A program made the translations under genes and the position numbers. The notes below the pieces were generated by a model that was given only the letters and a program-made list of their open reading frames with translations, was not told the origin of the DNA and did no database searches. Positions 48,621 through 58,247 of a stretch of DNA of 64,000 nt are shown piece by piece. Numbering within the stretch: position 1 is the stretch's first letter; each line of letters opens with the position of its first letter. The stretch lies in IMG/VR virus record IMGVR_UViG_3300002835_000018; one strand, given 5' to 3'. This DNA is from a virus.

Positions 48621-49367
48621 CTATATTTTGTACTTTCCCAAAAGTCTTTGTTTTATAAGCTCTTCAACTAATTTGTCGCCCTTTTGATCTTCTGTTGGGG
48701 CAAACAAAGCTTTATTTCTATCTTCGCTTCCAATGTCTGGTTCACAAACATAGTATATTGCTATTGAATTTCTTGATTTGTCAATTGGACATGTGATTTG
48801 ATCTGATATTCCATGCCAAGAATTTTGAGTTGTATCAAACAATAATGCTCTATTAAAAGTGCAATCTATTTTAACTTCAATCTGTTTTGGTTTTTTATTT
48901 TCTTCATCGTGTGACCATAGCTCTATAGCTCCACCCCAAGAGGTATCCCAATCTTTTGTTAAATATATTATTAAATTTATCTTTCTTTGTAATCCAAGCT
49001 TTGGGTGTATGTTGTAGTCTAAATGAGGGTTTAATTTTCCAGAATTGCCCATAGCGTGTATACCACCGCCATTTAAGCCATAGTCTGCCCAAACTTTTTT
49101 GCCAACTAAGTTAGATAGAGAGTCTACAAATTCTTTGCTTGTTAATTCAAATATTGTTTTATATATTGATTTTGGAAACTTGCACCACATATCACAGGCT
49201 TTTTTAACTTCAATCGCATTATTGTAGTAAAACCAAAAGTCATCATTAATAGAAGGAAACTCATCAGCTATTTGCATAGCCAATGAGCTTTCTAAAAAAT
49301 TGTCTATTACTAAATGATTAAATGGTTTTGAACTTTTCCACTTATTTAAATCATCTTCGTTAAACAT
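48621..49367 (-). CDS. 2OG-Fe(II) oxygenase
   Basis: PFNHLVIDNFL, HLD, SWHG, RNSIAIYY. Confidence 0.9.
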   Translation of the reverse strand: MFNEDDLNKWKSSKPFNHLVIDNFLESSLAMQIADEFPSINDDFWFYYNNAIEVKKACDMWCKFPKSIYKTIFELTSKEFVDSLSNLVGKKVWADYGLNGGGIHAMGNSGKLNPHLDYNIHPKLGLQRKINLIIYLTKDWDTSWGGAIELWSHDEENKKPKQIEVKIDCTFNRALLFDTTQNSWHGISDQITCPIDKSRNSIAIYYVCEPDIGSEDRNKALFAPTEDQKGDKLVEELIKQRLLGKYKI

Positions 49368-49664
49368 TTATTTTAACCATAAACTAGGGCTATAGTAATA
49401 CATTCCAATATACGGCTGAGTATTTTGTAATGTGTATCCACTTGATTGTAATGGTGGCAAATTGGTTAATGGATAATATAAATATCCAGTTGGAGTTTTC
49501 TGAATAGGATTACTTGGATAATAGCTTTGGTTATTATTAGGGCGATTATAGTTGTTGTAGTTGTAACCATACGCCTGTTGTTGTAATGGTCTGTACATAA
49601 TTTGTTGAGCATTTAATGTACAAGCCAGTAAAATAAAACTAATTGCTGAAAAAAAACATTTCAT
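49368..49664 (-). CDS. secreted Tyr/Gln/Asn-rich protein
   Basis: Signal peptide; AGGAG RBS. Confidence 0.7.
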   Translation of the reverse strand: MKCFFSAISFILLACTLNAQQIMYRPLQQQAYGYNYNNYNRPNNNQSYYPSNPIQKTPTGYLYYPLTNLPPLQSSGYTLQNTQPYIGMYYYSPSLWLK

Positions 49665-49719
49665 ATTGATCTCCTTTTATATATATTATACTTTTAAACA
49701 AATTCAAACAAGGTTAATT

Positions 49720-50187
49720 ATGGAACTTAAACAAGTAGAAAAAACATGTGGCAATTGTGATGTATGTTGCAACATATTAGAGGTTAGAGAGCTTAACAAG
49801 CCAGCCTTTTGCAATTGCAAAGATAGGGCAGATCATGGCGGTTGTGGAGTTTATGATACTAGACCAAGCATTTGTAGAGATTGGTCATGTGCATATATCT
49901 TAAACTTGATTCCTGGTGGAGAAGAAATAAGGCCAAATAATCTTGGTCTTATGTTTTATCCTGTTACAGCCGAGAATAATGATCTTGGACTATCAATGTT
50001 AATGGGTCAAGAAGTTTGGCCAGATGCACTACTTAGTAGTGATGCACAAAAAGTTTTAAATCTTTTGTCAAAGCATGTTTTAACCCTCATAAGACATTAT
50101 AAAAAAGAAGAATTTACATATGTTGGACCACAAGAAAAAATATCTGAGTTTGAAAAAAAGCACAAAGAATATATGGCTAAACAATAA
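49720..50187 (+). CDS. YkgJ-family cysteine cluster protein
   Basis: CGNCDVCC...CGVYDTRPSICR. Confidence 0.85.
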   Translation: MELKQVEKTCGNCDVCCNILEVRELNKPAFCNCKDRADHGGCGVYDTRPSICRDWSCAYILNLIPGGEEIRPNNLGLMFYPVTAENNDLGLSMLMGQEVWPDALLSSDAQKVLNLLSKHVLTLIRHYKKEEFTYVGPQEKISEFEKKHKEYMAKQ

Positions 50188-50200
50188 TTAACTTGTAGCT

Positions 50201-50836
50201 TTAAGGCGTAGGCGTTGTTGGTTCTGGACTAGTTGTTGGTATCAATGTTGTACTAGTTGTAGTAGGAATTTGAGTGGTTGTACAATTTATATTTCCACTA
50301 TTGTAACTGTTTATTGAATTTAAACAATTTACATAATTATAATTTTCATATGGACTGCATACAAATTCATTTGTTGCTACACAAATTGCACAAATGTTTG
50401 TTGCGTTTATGTAGTACATTCTACTTGGTACGCCTGTTGGGCATGGTGTTGTTGTAACAGTTGTAGTTGTAACAGTAGTTGTTGTTGTACTTGTTGTTGT
50501 TGGCAACATAGAAAAAAATTCTTCTGTGAATACTTTATTTCTTAAGTATTGTTCAAGTTGACCTATTTTTCTACTTGAACATATTTCAACAATGTCTCTA
50601 CATTCATTTAAGTCTTCAACATTTACAACTGGTAAAGAAAGCACATATTGATCTATGTCAAAGTTTTGATCATCAGAATATAGTTGCCCTGCATAAAAAT
50701 ATTCTACTTTATCTTCATAGTTTGCCATCATTGGAATATCTTGATAGTTAGCAAAATATTTCAACTTTAATTGTGCAAGAGGCTCTATGTTTTCATAAAC
50801 CATAAAGCTAATAAAACTTTGATATCTAAAAGTCAT
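50201..50836 (-). CDS. Thr-rich low-complexity protein
   Basis: Two poly-Thr tracts flanking a Cys-rich segment. Confidence 0.7.
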   Translation of the reverse strand: MTFRYQSFISFMVYENIEPLAQLKLKYFANYQDIPMMANYEDKVEYFYAGQLYSDDQNFDIDQYVLSLPVVNVEDLNECRDIVEICSSRKIGQLEQYLRNKVFTEEFFSMLPTTTSTTTTTVTTTTVTTTPCPTGVPSRMYYINATNICAICVATNEFVCSPYENYNYVNCLNSINSYNSGNINCTTTQIPTTTSTTLIPTTSPEPTTPTP

Positions 50837-51093
50837 TTTTGAAACGCCTTTTCGAATTCTAGTTCTTCAATAAATTCAACTCTGTCATAAAATCTATTCA
50901 TATTAACCATAAAAGCGTTTAATGTTTCAACAGTAGACTGTACTTCCATGATATTAAAACATGTATCATTATTTTTTAAGGATGACTTTACACTTTTTAA
51001 GAGGTGCAATAAATTACCCGCATATGAATGAAATTGATCTACGGACTGAATAAACTCTTTAACATTCTTTTTTGCAATTTTTTTGAAGTCCAT
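50833..51093 (-). CDS. hypothetical protein
   Basis: AGGAGG RBS before MDFKK. Confidence 0.65.
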   Translation of the reverse strand: MDFKKIAKKNVKEFIQSVDQFHSYAGNLLHLLKSVKSSLKNNDTCFNIMEVQSTVETLNAFMVNMNRFYDRVEFIEELEFEKAFQK

Positions 51094-51147
51094 TTGTTCC
51101 TCCTTGGTATTTTTGGGGCTATTTCTAGCCCCATTCAATTGTTACAA

Positions 51148-51420
51148 TTACTTATTCGATTCATCGATCATTTTATTTAGCTCTAAAACATTTTTTTCAT
51201 CAAGTTTTTTTGAGCCAAAAAAAGAACCGCTGGCTTTCTTTTTGCTGGTATTTAAATTAACACCAGATCGCTTTAAGGCATAAGCCCTGTTCCTTACTGC
51301 TGATACGCTAATGTTTAGCTTTTTTGCAATTGCTTCATAGGTGTCATTTTCAGTAAAAGCTTTTACAAACTCTTCTGGTGTAATACTTCTGTTTTGTTTC
51401 CATCCGCTTAAATTGCTCAT
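51148..51420 (-). CDS. HTH DNA-binding protein
   Basis: TYEAIAKKLNISVSAVRNRA. Confidence 0.75.
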   Translation of the reverse strand: MSNLSGWKQNRSITPEEFVKAFTENDTYEAIAKKLNISVSAVRNRAYALKRSGVNLNTSKKKASGSFFGSKKLDEKNVLELNKMIDESNK

Positions 51421-51638
51421 TTTTTCTCCTTTGCTAATAACTCATCATCAACATCAAGAACTTTCATTACAGATAACTTATCACGGTGATATGTCCTAAA
51501 AACTGTTGAATGTTCCTTGTAGTGATCAAGTATTTTAAGTGTTACCAGTTTCTTTCCAGATTTACTAGTCCACTCTTTTTCTAAAAATCCTGCTCTGATA
51601 GTAGCATCTTTGTAACCATTAACTAAATACATTTTCAT
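51417..51638 (-). CDS. hypothetical protein
   Basis: ATGA-coupled ORF. Confidence 0.6.
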   Translation of the reverse strand: MKMYLVNGYKDATIRAGFLEKEWTSKSGKKLVTLKILDHYKEHSTVFRTYHRDKLSVMKVLDVDDELLAKEKK

Positions 51639-51639
51639 T

Positions 51640-51897
51640 TTATTTTCCTAGTTTAGAAAGTTCTGATTTCACAGTATCTATACAGTCATCCAGCATCAAT
51701 TTATCAATATCAAATACATTGTATGCAACTAATTTAATGTCCTCCTTTTTTATTTCTGGCCTTGGTAATTGTTTTTTCTTTAACAAAGACAATTTATGGG
51801 CGAGCATTAGTTTTAAATACTTTTTCCATTTAGGTTTAGATATTGAATATATTAATCCAGTATCGCTAGAGATAAACTTCTTTTTTTCTATGGTCAT
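51640..51897 (-). CDS. hypothetical protein
   Basis: 85 aa ORF. Confidence 0.6.
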   Translation of the reverse strand: MTIEKKKFISSDTGLIYSISKPKWKKYLKLMLAHKLSLLKKKQLPRPEIKKEDIKLVAYNVFDIDKLMLDDCIDTVKSELSKLGK

Positions 51898-52072
51898 AAA
51901 TCACCTTGGGAAAACATAACAATGTTTAAAACTAACATTAACCTTCTCTATTTCTCTACTATCATATGGACTAATGCTAGTAGAAACGCTCTGCTCTATC
52001 GTTCCGCATCCAAACGCACAGATAGCAGCAAAGCACATTAAAATCCTAATAGTCATCACAAACCCTCCTAGT

Positions 52073-52426
52073 TTAGACAAGACTCACATTATCATTCTTA
52101 CTCAAATCCACAGGAAGTATAGCTACTTCTCCATACTTTTCATTAACTTTGTCTATATACACAAACGCATCCAATACACTTTTATGATATACAAGACCAT
52201 TCTTTTCTTCTACATGACGATAGTAAAATGTCTTGAGAAGATTCAAATTGTGTAATAATCCTTTTGCAAAAAATAGGTCTGAGTATTTTTGCATTGGGAA
52301 TCTTTTAATGTTTTGAACCCACTCTAAAACAGGTTGAAAATTGTTTTGATCAATACTATCGCTTTCTAGCATTTGTTCAATGCCATTCACAATGCTTGAT
52401 GTGATACTGATCCTTCTATTTTTCAT
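52073..52426 (-). CDS. hypothetical protein
   Basis: GGAG RBS before MKNRR. Confidence 0.6.
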   Translation of the reverse strand: MKNRRISITSSIVNGIEQMLESDSIDQNNFQPVLEWVQNIKRFPMQKYSDLFFAKGLLHNLNLLKTFYYRHVEEKNGLVYHKSVLDAFVYIDKVNEKYGEVAILPVDLSKNDNVSLV

Positions 52427-52427
52427 G

Positions 52428-52673
52428 TTATGCTCCCTTAGAGTTAAGCTGTGCAATAATCTCTTTGTTCGTAAAGAACTGCCCCAAAAATTGATCATTG
52501 TTCCAGACTAAATAGTTTGCCTTGGTATTCAATGAAGACTTCATTTTTGCATCCATCTTAAGAACTAAGCCTAAAAGCCTAGAGTCTTTTGAGTAGTAGT
52601 GATAAATTTGTGTTTCCCTAATGTGTATTGGGAAATCATCTTCTTTAGTTAGCTGTTCAATTTGCTGGCTCAT
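52428..52673 (-). CDS. hypothetical protein
   Basis: AGGAG RBS. Confidence 0.6.
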   Translation of the reverse strand: MSQQIEQLTKEDDFPIHIRETQIYHYYSKDSRLLGLVLKMDAKMKSSLNTKANYLVWNNDQFLGQFFTNKEIIAQLNSKGA

Positions 52674-52675
52674 AT

Positions 52676-52897
52676 TTAATTACTCCTAGTAAGTTTTTTA
52701 GTTTTCTCAAAATTTTCCCACTCTTCTTGCCACTTCCAAGGCTTAGATAAAAAGTAAATCATTCGCTTTATAGGATCATCTTTATGTTCCTTAGTGCTAT
52801 AATCTCGCCATTCTCCATCATCTTTAAGATAATTGGCTAGAGCAACTAGATTTTCTCTGTCTTCGTACCACATAAGATCTCCTTTTTTGAAATACAT
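52676..52897 (-). CDS. hypothetical protein
   Basis: 73 aa ORF. Confidence 0.55.
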   Translation of the reverse strand: MYFKKGDLMWYEDRENLVALANYLKDDGEWRDYSTKEHKDDPIKRMIYFLSKPWKWQEEWENFEKTKKLTRSN

Positions 52898-53169
52898 TCT
52901 GAAAGTAACTTAAACCTTTTGTTCAATTCTTTGTGCGATATTGGAAAGAATATTATCTGAATGCTCCCATCAAGAACATCACCCTTAGCCATATAATCAA
53001 GGTCATTAATGTAAAGCATTGTGCAATTGGCAGATACTTTTTGCACGATAAGACCATCTTCAAACACATCAGTACGAATAACCAATTTCTTTTTGCTTGA
53101 ATGGATATGCTCTACCGCAAAGACATCTTCAAACAATTGTTTTTGACTTTCTAATTTTTTCATCGACAT
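52846..53169 (-). CDS. hypothetical protein
   Basis: AGGAG RBS. Confidence 0.6.
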   Translation of the reverse strand: MSMKKLESQKQLFEDVFAVEHIHSSKKKLVIRTDVFEDGLIVQKVSANCTMLYINDLDYMAKGDVLDGSIQIIFFPISHKELNKRFKLLSECISKKEILCGTKTEKI

Positions 53170-53332
53170 ACTCCTTTAAAATCCTATTAGCTATATTTAA
53201 TGCTGATTCGCCCATTGACCAACCTTGTATAAATATAAAACTTTTTGACATTACCATTGCATGGGCAACATCTCTAGTAGTTCCTGTTATGTAACATATA
53301 TGATCCACAATTTCTTCTTCCCAAAAAATCAT
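53129..53332 (-). CDS. hypothetical protein
   Basis: First gene after a promoter motif; AGGAG RBS. Confidence 0.6.
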   Translation of the reverse strand: MIFWEEEIVDHICYITGTTRDVAHAMVMSKSFIFIQGWSMGESALNIANRILKEYVDEKIRKSKTIV

Positions 53333-53377
53333 TTGATCTCCTTTCTATTTACTTATTCGCTTGTCAGATGAAATTAT

Positions 53378-53611
53378 TTACTCATTTTTAACTTTTATTT
53401 TATCTATCATTTTTTGTAGTTCATTATGTATGTATTTCCAATCCATGTTGTCGTGTATGTAATCAGCTATGTTTGACCAAACAATATTGTTGGTAAATGT
53501 TTTCTTTGCTTTCCTGCTAAATTCTTTTGCTTCCCAAAAAGCAAAGATAACATCTTTTGCTCCATCAATTTTTGCTTGATTAAGCATATCGATTGCCTTA
53601 TCTATTTTCAT
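53378..53611 (-). CDS. hypothetical protein
   Basis: 77 aa ORF. Confidence 0.6.
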   Translation of the reverse strand: MKIDKAIDMLNQAKIDGAKDVIFAFWEAKEFSRKAKKTFTNNIVWSNIADYIHDNMDWKYIHNELQKMIDKIKVKNE

Positions 53612-53622
53612 CTGATTCCTTC

Positions 53623-53883
53623 TTAGCTGTTGAAAATCTTTATTTTACCGCTTGAATCAACAGATATAAAGTAGCTTGCAGCTATAGTTCCAGCTTTTGG
53701 CAAGAATGGGTTGTTCGTTCCCTGCCAGATGTTTACACGATATCTATCTGCATAAACATTAATAACTGATTCCTTTATAGTATTTTCTACACGGTCTACA
53801 ATGCTGTATAGGTTGTAAAGTATTGTACTATCTGCAACTTTTGGTCTTCCAGCTTTAACAGGTTTATCTTCCATTGATGTCAT
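53623..53883 (-). CDS. hypothetical protein
   Basis: AGGAG RBS. Confidence 0.65.
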   Translation of the reverse strand: MTSMEDKPVKAGRPKVADSTILYNLYSIVDRVENTIKESVINVYADRYRVNIWQGTNNPFLPKAGTIAASYFISVDSSGKIKIFNS

Positions 53884-53918
53884 TTTATATCTCCTTTAAA
53901 AAGTTTCAATCCCTATTT

Positions 53919-54179
53919 TTATACACCCTCAACTATACTAATATCGGCCAGTACAAATCGCTCTCCCTCATCATCTGTGAGTATAGATACCCTGCGAGAT
54001 CCCTTGACTGAGCTTTCCCATAGCAGAATCGACTCAGCAGCAACCTTTGGTCTGTGGCTGAAATCGCCCACTTGGTAAGGTGTGCTTTCATCGTCTAGAA
54101 GGATTGGGGATTTTGCATCCTTAAAATCAGCTTGCATTGTCGCTACTAACTCTCCATTTGCTAAAATATTGTACTTCAT
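53919..54179 (-). CDS. hypothetical protein
   Basis: TAATG-coupled ORF. Confidence 0.6.
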   Translation of the reverse strand: MKYNILANGELVATMQADFKDAKSPILLDDESTPYQVGDFSHRPKVAAESILLWESSVKGSRRVSILTDDEGERFVLADISIVEGV

Positions 54180-54439
54180 TAGTTTCTGCTCCTTTCTCTT
54201 TCTTCTGCTGCAAACAATATATCTCGCACAGTATTGATTTCTTCTATAGACTTTCTGGTGTTCTCAAAGTCTTTAAAATGAAGACTATCATTGTGTTTTT
54301 GTCTAAGTAATGCTGTGGTAGACTCAATTAATATTTCAATCTGTTCAAGATGTAGATATATATTACTAATATTATTAAACTCCTTTACCACCCATGTTTT
54401 GGGATCATTTATAAGTTTGTCAAGATCTTCGTGGGTCAT
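54179..54439 (-). CDS. hypothetical protein
   Basis: ACAGGAG RBS before MTHED. Confidence 0.6.
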   Translation of the reverse strand: MTHEDLDKLINDPKTWVVKEFNNISNIYLHLEQIEILIESTTALLRQKHNDSLHFKDFENTRKSIEEINTVRDILFAAEERERSRN

Positions 54440-54732
54440 GCTTGTTCTCCTGTTGCTTTTTTTATGGCGTTTTGGCACATACCTACCGCAAACTCACGAA
54501 AATATTTATCATCTGGAAGTACTGAGGACATCCCGAATATAGTTTCGAGTGCATTGAGCATATTCGGTGCTGCTGCAATAAGTAAAGCATTTCCATTTGC
54601 CTCATCTTCTGGATCATCATGTGGCCCAAAAATGCTACAAATTGTTTTACCAGCAGGGCAAAAAACATAGTGTTTATCCGAAAATTCTGACTCATTTGGG
54701 TCAAATGACCACTCACCCTGTGTATATCTCAT
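54436..54732 (-). CDS. phage protein with NALLIAAAP motif
   Basis: YTQGEW...NALLIAAAPNMLNAL, a common small phage family. Confidence 0.75.
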   Translation of the reverse strand: MRYTQGEWSFDPNESEFSDKHYVFCPAGKTICSIFGPHDDPEDEANGNALLIAAAPNMLNALETIFGMSSVLPDDKYFREFAVGMCQNAIKKATGEQA

Positions 54733-54744
54733 GATTATTCTCCT

Positions 54745-54987
54745 TTAATAAACCTTACTTCTAAATAGATATTCAGATAAGGCTTTAATATAACTAGTTA
54801 GCTCTAGAACATTGTCTCGATCATCTTTATCTAAAATATCATCTTCATGTATCCGATAGAGGTTCTTATCTGCACCTGTCGCTAACCACTTCTTATAAAT
54901 CTTCACAGGTTTATACAAAGTGTAAATCGCAAAGTTATTTTCTGGCGTTCTGCAAACAACCACATCGTTCTCTTTATATTTTGTCAT
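54745..54987 (-). CDS. hypothetical protein
   Basis: GGAGG RBS. Confidence 0.6.
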   Translation of the reverse strand: MTKYKENDVVVCRTPENNFAIYTLYKPVKIYKKWLATGADKNLYRIHEDDILDKDDRDNVLELTSYIKALSEYLFRSKVY

Positions 54988-55480
54988 TAATCACCTCCAC
55001 TTGGAAATATACCTTTGATAAAACCAATTATACAAGCACATATCAGAATAAAAGTCATCGCATCTTTGTTCATTTGATCTCCTTGAGTAATTGTAATTGT
55101 TCACGCAAAGACTTTACTTCTTCACGCAGCTTACTTAGTTCTTCCTCGTTATGTTTAATGGCAAGATGAGCAAGATCCCACCTGTTTAACTTTACAAAAC
55201 CTTCAATGTCTTTTTCATTAATCATTTGTTCTCCTTTGCTCTAACATTATTTTTATTAAAATTTGGGTTCATTTGTAAGAAGACTTTCTTTGCTTCTCTA
55301 CAAGTTTTAGATTGAGAATGACAACATTGAAAAGCCCAAGAACCATCAGGTTTTTTTACAAAAATATCAATTATCATTTACTCTCCTTGTTATAGTTTGC
55401 CTTTAATATAAACCTAAAGCTTATCTATATCTCTGCCAGCCTTACATATACTTATTCGCATGACAGACCAATTTATTTAG

Positions 55481-55555
55481 TGGAATCGGCTGGATTTGAA
55501 CCAGCAACCGAATTTTTATGAGAAATTTGCTCTAACCAGATTGAGCTACGATTCC
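55481..55555 (-). tRNA. tRNA with CAT anticodon (Met or lysidine-Ile2)
   Basis: GGAATCG/CGATTCC acceptor, TAGCTCAATCTGGTTAGAGC D-arm, CTCATAA loop, GGTTCAAATCC T-arm; no encoded CCA. Confidence 0.92.
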
Positions 55556-55561
55556 ATATAA

Positions 55562-55783
55562 CTATGATCCATATACCTGTTTAACTGTGTAATTATTTCC
55601 TGTGTTATCAATTGCTTGATCTTGAATCATATCTATTAGTTTAACTGTAGAATCTATTGCTTCTCTTTCTTCTGTAGATAGATGTGACCCAAGGTCAATC
55701 CTAAGAGCAAGACTTAAAATCTTAGCTTTAATATCTTGCAGCTTGTTAAAGTCCAAGTCTAAAATCATTTTTACTTTTGACAT
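55562..55783 (-). CDS. hypothetical protein
   Basis: AGGAG RBS. Confidence 0.6.
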   Translation of the reverse strand: MSKVKMILDLDFNKLQDIKAKILSLALRIDLGSHLSTEEREAIDSTVKLIDMIQDQAIDNTGNNYTVKQVYGS

Positions 55784-56055
55784 TTAATACTCCTTACATC
55801 GTAAAGTTTTTCAATAGATTTTCTATGAAAGGGCAAAGCTACTGTTTCGCATAGAGCATATACCCAGTTTCTTTCCCATCGCTCTAAATGAATGTTTGAT
55901 ACGCTAATACATCTTAAAGTATTCTTGTCATTATCTACGATGATCTCTCCTTCATACGGATAGCCATCTCCAAGATTAGATATTTTATGTGTGTAATCCA
56001 TTTTATAATCCTTCCACACCACAAAAGTGCCACGACCAATCAAAACCTTTTTCAA
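55771..56055 (-). CDS. hypothetical protein
   Basis: ORF, start uncertain (possibly 56002). Confidence 0.5.
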   Translation of the reverse strand: MKKVLIGRGTFVVWKDYKMDYTHKISNLGDGYPYEGEIIVDNDKNTLRCISVSNIHLERWERNWVYALCETVALPFHRKSIEKLYDVRSIKCQK

Positions 56056-56284
56056 TGTAGCATTGGTGTTTCCTAGCTATCTTAATGATTGCATCTTTTT
56101 CTTTTCGCCCATGCTGACCATTTAGGGCGTAATAAAGCTCACCTTCTGCGACAAATACCACCTCACCGAAATGACATTGGCTTTCTTTCTTTTGCCATTC
56201 TTCTTGCGTATAGACAGCAGTATCACAATATTTAGATACAAACTTCTTTACATCTGCCAACAATTTATCTCTAGTTTTAATCAT
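56003..56284 (-). CDS. hypothetical protein
   Basis: AGGAG RBS before MIKTR. Confidence 0.6.
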   Translation of the reverse strand: MIKTRDKLLADVKKFVSKYCDTAVYTQEEWQKKESQCHFGEVVFVAEGELYYALNGQHGRKEKDAIIKIARKHQCYIEKGFDWSWHFCGVEGL

Positions 56285-56294
56285 GTTATTCTCC

Positions 56295-56573
56295 TTAAAT
56301 GTAGTGATCTTGTTCATGTGCATTCATTATTCTTGGTTCTCTCTCTTTGGTGTTTATACTGTGTATTTTCAGTACAGCTTCACCCTTTTTTCTTGGCAAA
56401 ACTTTAATGGTAAAGACTTCACCATTAGCATTGTGTAAATCTGCCATCTTGCGAGCCTTATCTATGCACTCATCAAGAGTGCCAGTCCATGACGGAGTTC
56501 GCAACCATTTGCCATCCATCCATCCATATTTACTAATCTTTGTAACCTTGTGAGTCCATTTTCTGCGATCCAT
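56295..56573 (-). CDS. hypothetical protein
   Basis: AGGAG RBS before MDRRK. Confidence 0.6.
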   Translation of the reverse strand: MDRRKWTHKVTKISKYGWMDGKWLRTPSWTGTLDECIDKARKMADLHNANGEVFTIKVLPRKKGEAVLKIHSINTKEREPRIMNAHEQDHYI

Positions 56574-56583
56574 GTTACTCTCC

Positions 56584-56946
56584 TTATAAAGTTGGGAAAT
56601 CAATCCCATTTTCCTCATCAGTCTGTCCATCTTCACCAATTTCATTTGCATACTTCCAGATTGAATCTGCTTGTTCTTCAATCTGATTTATCGCTTTTTG
56701 AATAGATTCTTCTGAGAAGTCTTCGTCATACTTAAGTTCAAATACATCAGTTCCTTCGTCTGAACCTTCTACGATAGAACCAAGTCTAATTCCCCAATCT
56801 TTAAATTCGATCCAAGCACCACAACTTGTGTACTTGTATAAGTTTCTTTCGCATTGCTTTTCATTTTCAGCAGAAAAGAACTTCAATACTGTTTTAAAAC
56901 CATCTTCATACTGTTCACTATATTCTTGTTCATGTTCTTCTATCAT
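56584..56946 (-). CDS. acidic hypothetical protein
   Basis: ACAAGGAG RBS; very Asp/Glu-rich. Confidence 0.7.
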   Translation of the reverse strand: MIEEHEQEYSEQYEDGFKTVLKFFSAENEKQCERNLYKYTSCGAWIEFKDWGIRLGSIVEGSDEGTDVFELKYDEDFSEESIQKAINQIEEQADSIWKYANEIGEDGQTDEENGIDFPTL

Positions 56947-57020
56947 TTCACTCTCCTTGTATATTTAATACTGTGTGTTAAATCCCCATACTTACTTATT
57001 CGTTTTACAATCGATTTTAT

Positions 57021-57281
57021 TTAGAAATATTGAGAAATAATATAAGAAACATGGCCTTCTATACTCTCAAAATTTCTCTTTAGGATATCTTTTGTCATAT
57101 CTGTACTGTATGCCCAAACATCTTCAGTCTCTTTTACTTCTTTAAGAAATAAAGCTGCATCATCCCCTTGTAGATATACATTTACTTCATTGTTAACTCT
57201 TCTTGATGCCTTAGAGTATAACCATAAGGACACACCGTCAGGACTAACGGTATAGATATAAGACTTTTGTTCTTTTTTCAT
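57021..57281 (-). CDS. hypothetical protein
   Basis: AGGAG RBS. Confidence 0.65.
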   Translation of the reverse strand: MKKEQKSYIYTVSPDGVSLWLYSKASRRVNNEVNVYLQGDDAALFLKEVKETEDVWAYSTDMTKDILKRNFESIEGHVSYIISQYF

Positions 57282-57454
57282 GCTATCTCCTTATGTTCAA
57301 TTAGATTTAATATCTGTTCAATCTCAGAGTATTGTATTTCAACCTCATTGTTATCTTCCTCTGGATATAAACATTCATTAAGCTCGTCATAGTTAGCCAA
57401 GCAATAACTGAGGGTGACCCTTATAATTTCACGCTGCCTATCGGTTAATTTCAT
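57278..57454 (-). CDS. hypothetical protein
   Basis: AGGAG RBS before MKLTD. Confidence 0.55.
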   Translation of the reverse strand: MKLTDRQREIIRVTLSYCLANYDELNECLYPEEDNNEVEIQYSEIEQILNLIEHKEIA

Positions 57455-57824
57455 CACAAACTCCTTTACTGCTGGTAAGACAAAACAGAGGTTCAAGTTT
57501 CTTAAGTTGTTCATTTAATACAATTTCCATACCAAGCTCTTTAGCCACACGAATACCAAAATCTAATATGCACCAACACCAACCAGCACTTCCCCCATTT
57601 CTTTCTGACTCTACCCTAAAGGCAACATAAAGCTTATCGCTGCTGATTTGAACGATTGCAGAGCCATTTCCTACCCAAAGAACACCATCATCTGTAAACT
57701 GAGGTCTTCTTCCAGACCGATCTTTGATTGCATACCTATTGGTAATTCTGTCAAGCCATAAGCTATGACCATTACCACCATCACTAAAGCAAAGCTTCCA
57801 GTCGTATTGTTTATTATCTGTCAT
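57438..57824 (-). CDS. hypothetical protein
   Basis: 128 aa ORF. Confidence 0.6.
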   Translation of the reverse strand: MTDNKQYDWKLCFSDGGNGHSLWLDRITNRYAIKDRSGRRPQFTDDGVLWVGNGSAIVQISSDKLYVAFRVESERNGGSAGWCWCILDFGIRVAKELGMEIVLNEQLKKLEPLFCLTSSKGVCDEINR

Positions 57825-58185
57825 TTTTTACCGCCATTTCTAAAATTTGATTTATTTTTGCAACAGCATACTTATCTGTTTGAAATTCTGTTTCTTCGTC
57901 ATCTTCAAGTGCATCCAAAAAGTAATTGGTTGCCTCAAGCAATGTTTTTAATTGCAATACTGATAATGATACTGTTTTATTTTCATTGTCGTGATAGGTA
58001 GAATGCCCACACACAAGACAAGTCATGAAGTTATCATCCATGATTGGGCTTTCATCATAATCACATGGTTCGCATCTGCCCCATGTCTTATGATCAATCT
58101 TAGTGCAATAAGCTATTACTGCATCTTGCCCATCTTGCTCATAAATCTTTACGCACTTCTCATACAACTTTTCATCATGTGCCAT
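57814..58185 (-). CDS. hypothetical protein with CxxC pairs
   Basis: ACAAGGAG RBS; CEPC...CLVC. Confidence 0.65.
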   Translation of the reverse strand: MAHDEKLYEKCVKIYEQDGQDAVIAYCTKIDHKTWGRCEPCDYDESPIMDDNFMTCLVCGHSTYHDNENKTVSLSVLQLKTLLEATNYFLDALEDDEETEFQTDKYAVAKINQILEMAVKNDR

Positions 58186-58247
58186 GTTACTCTCCTTGTT
58201 AAGTATTGTTATCCCTATTTACTTATTCGCCCAACACACATTTTTAT

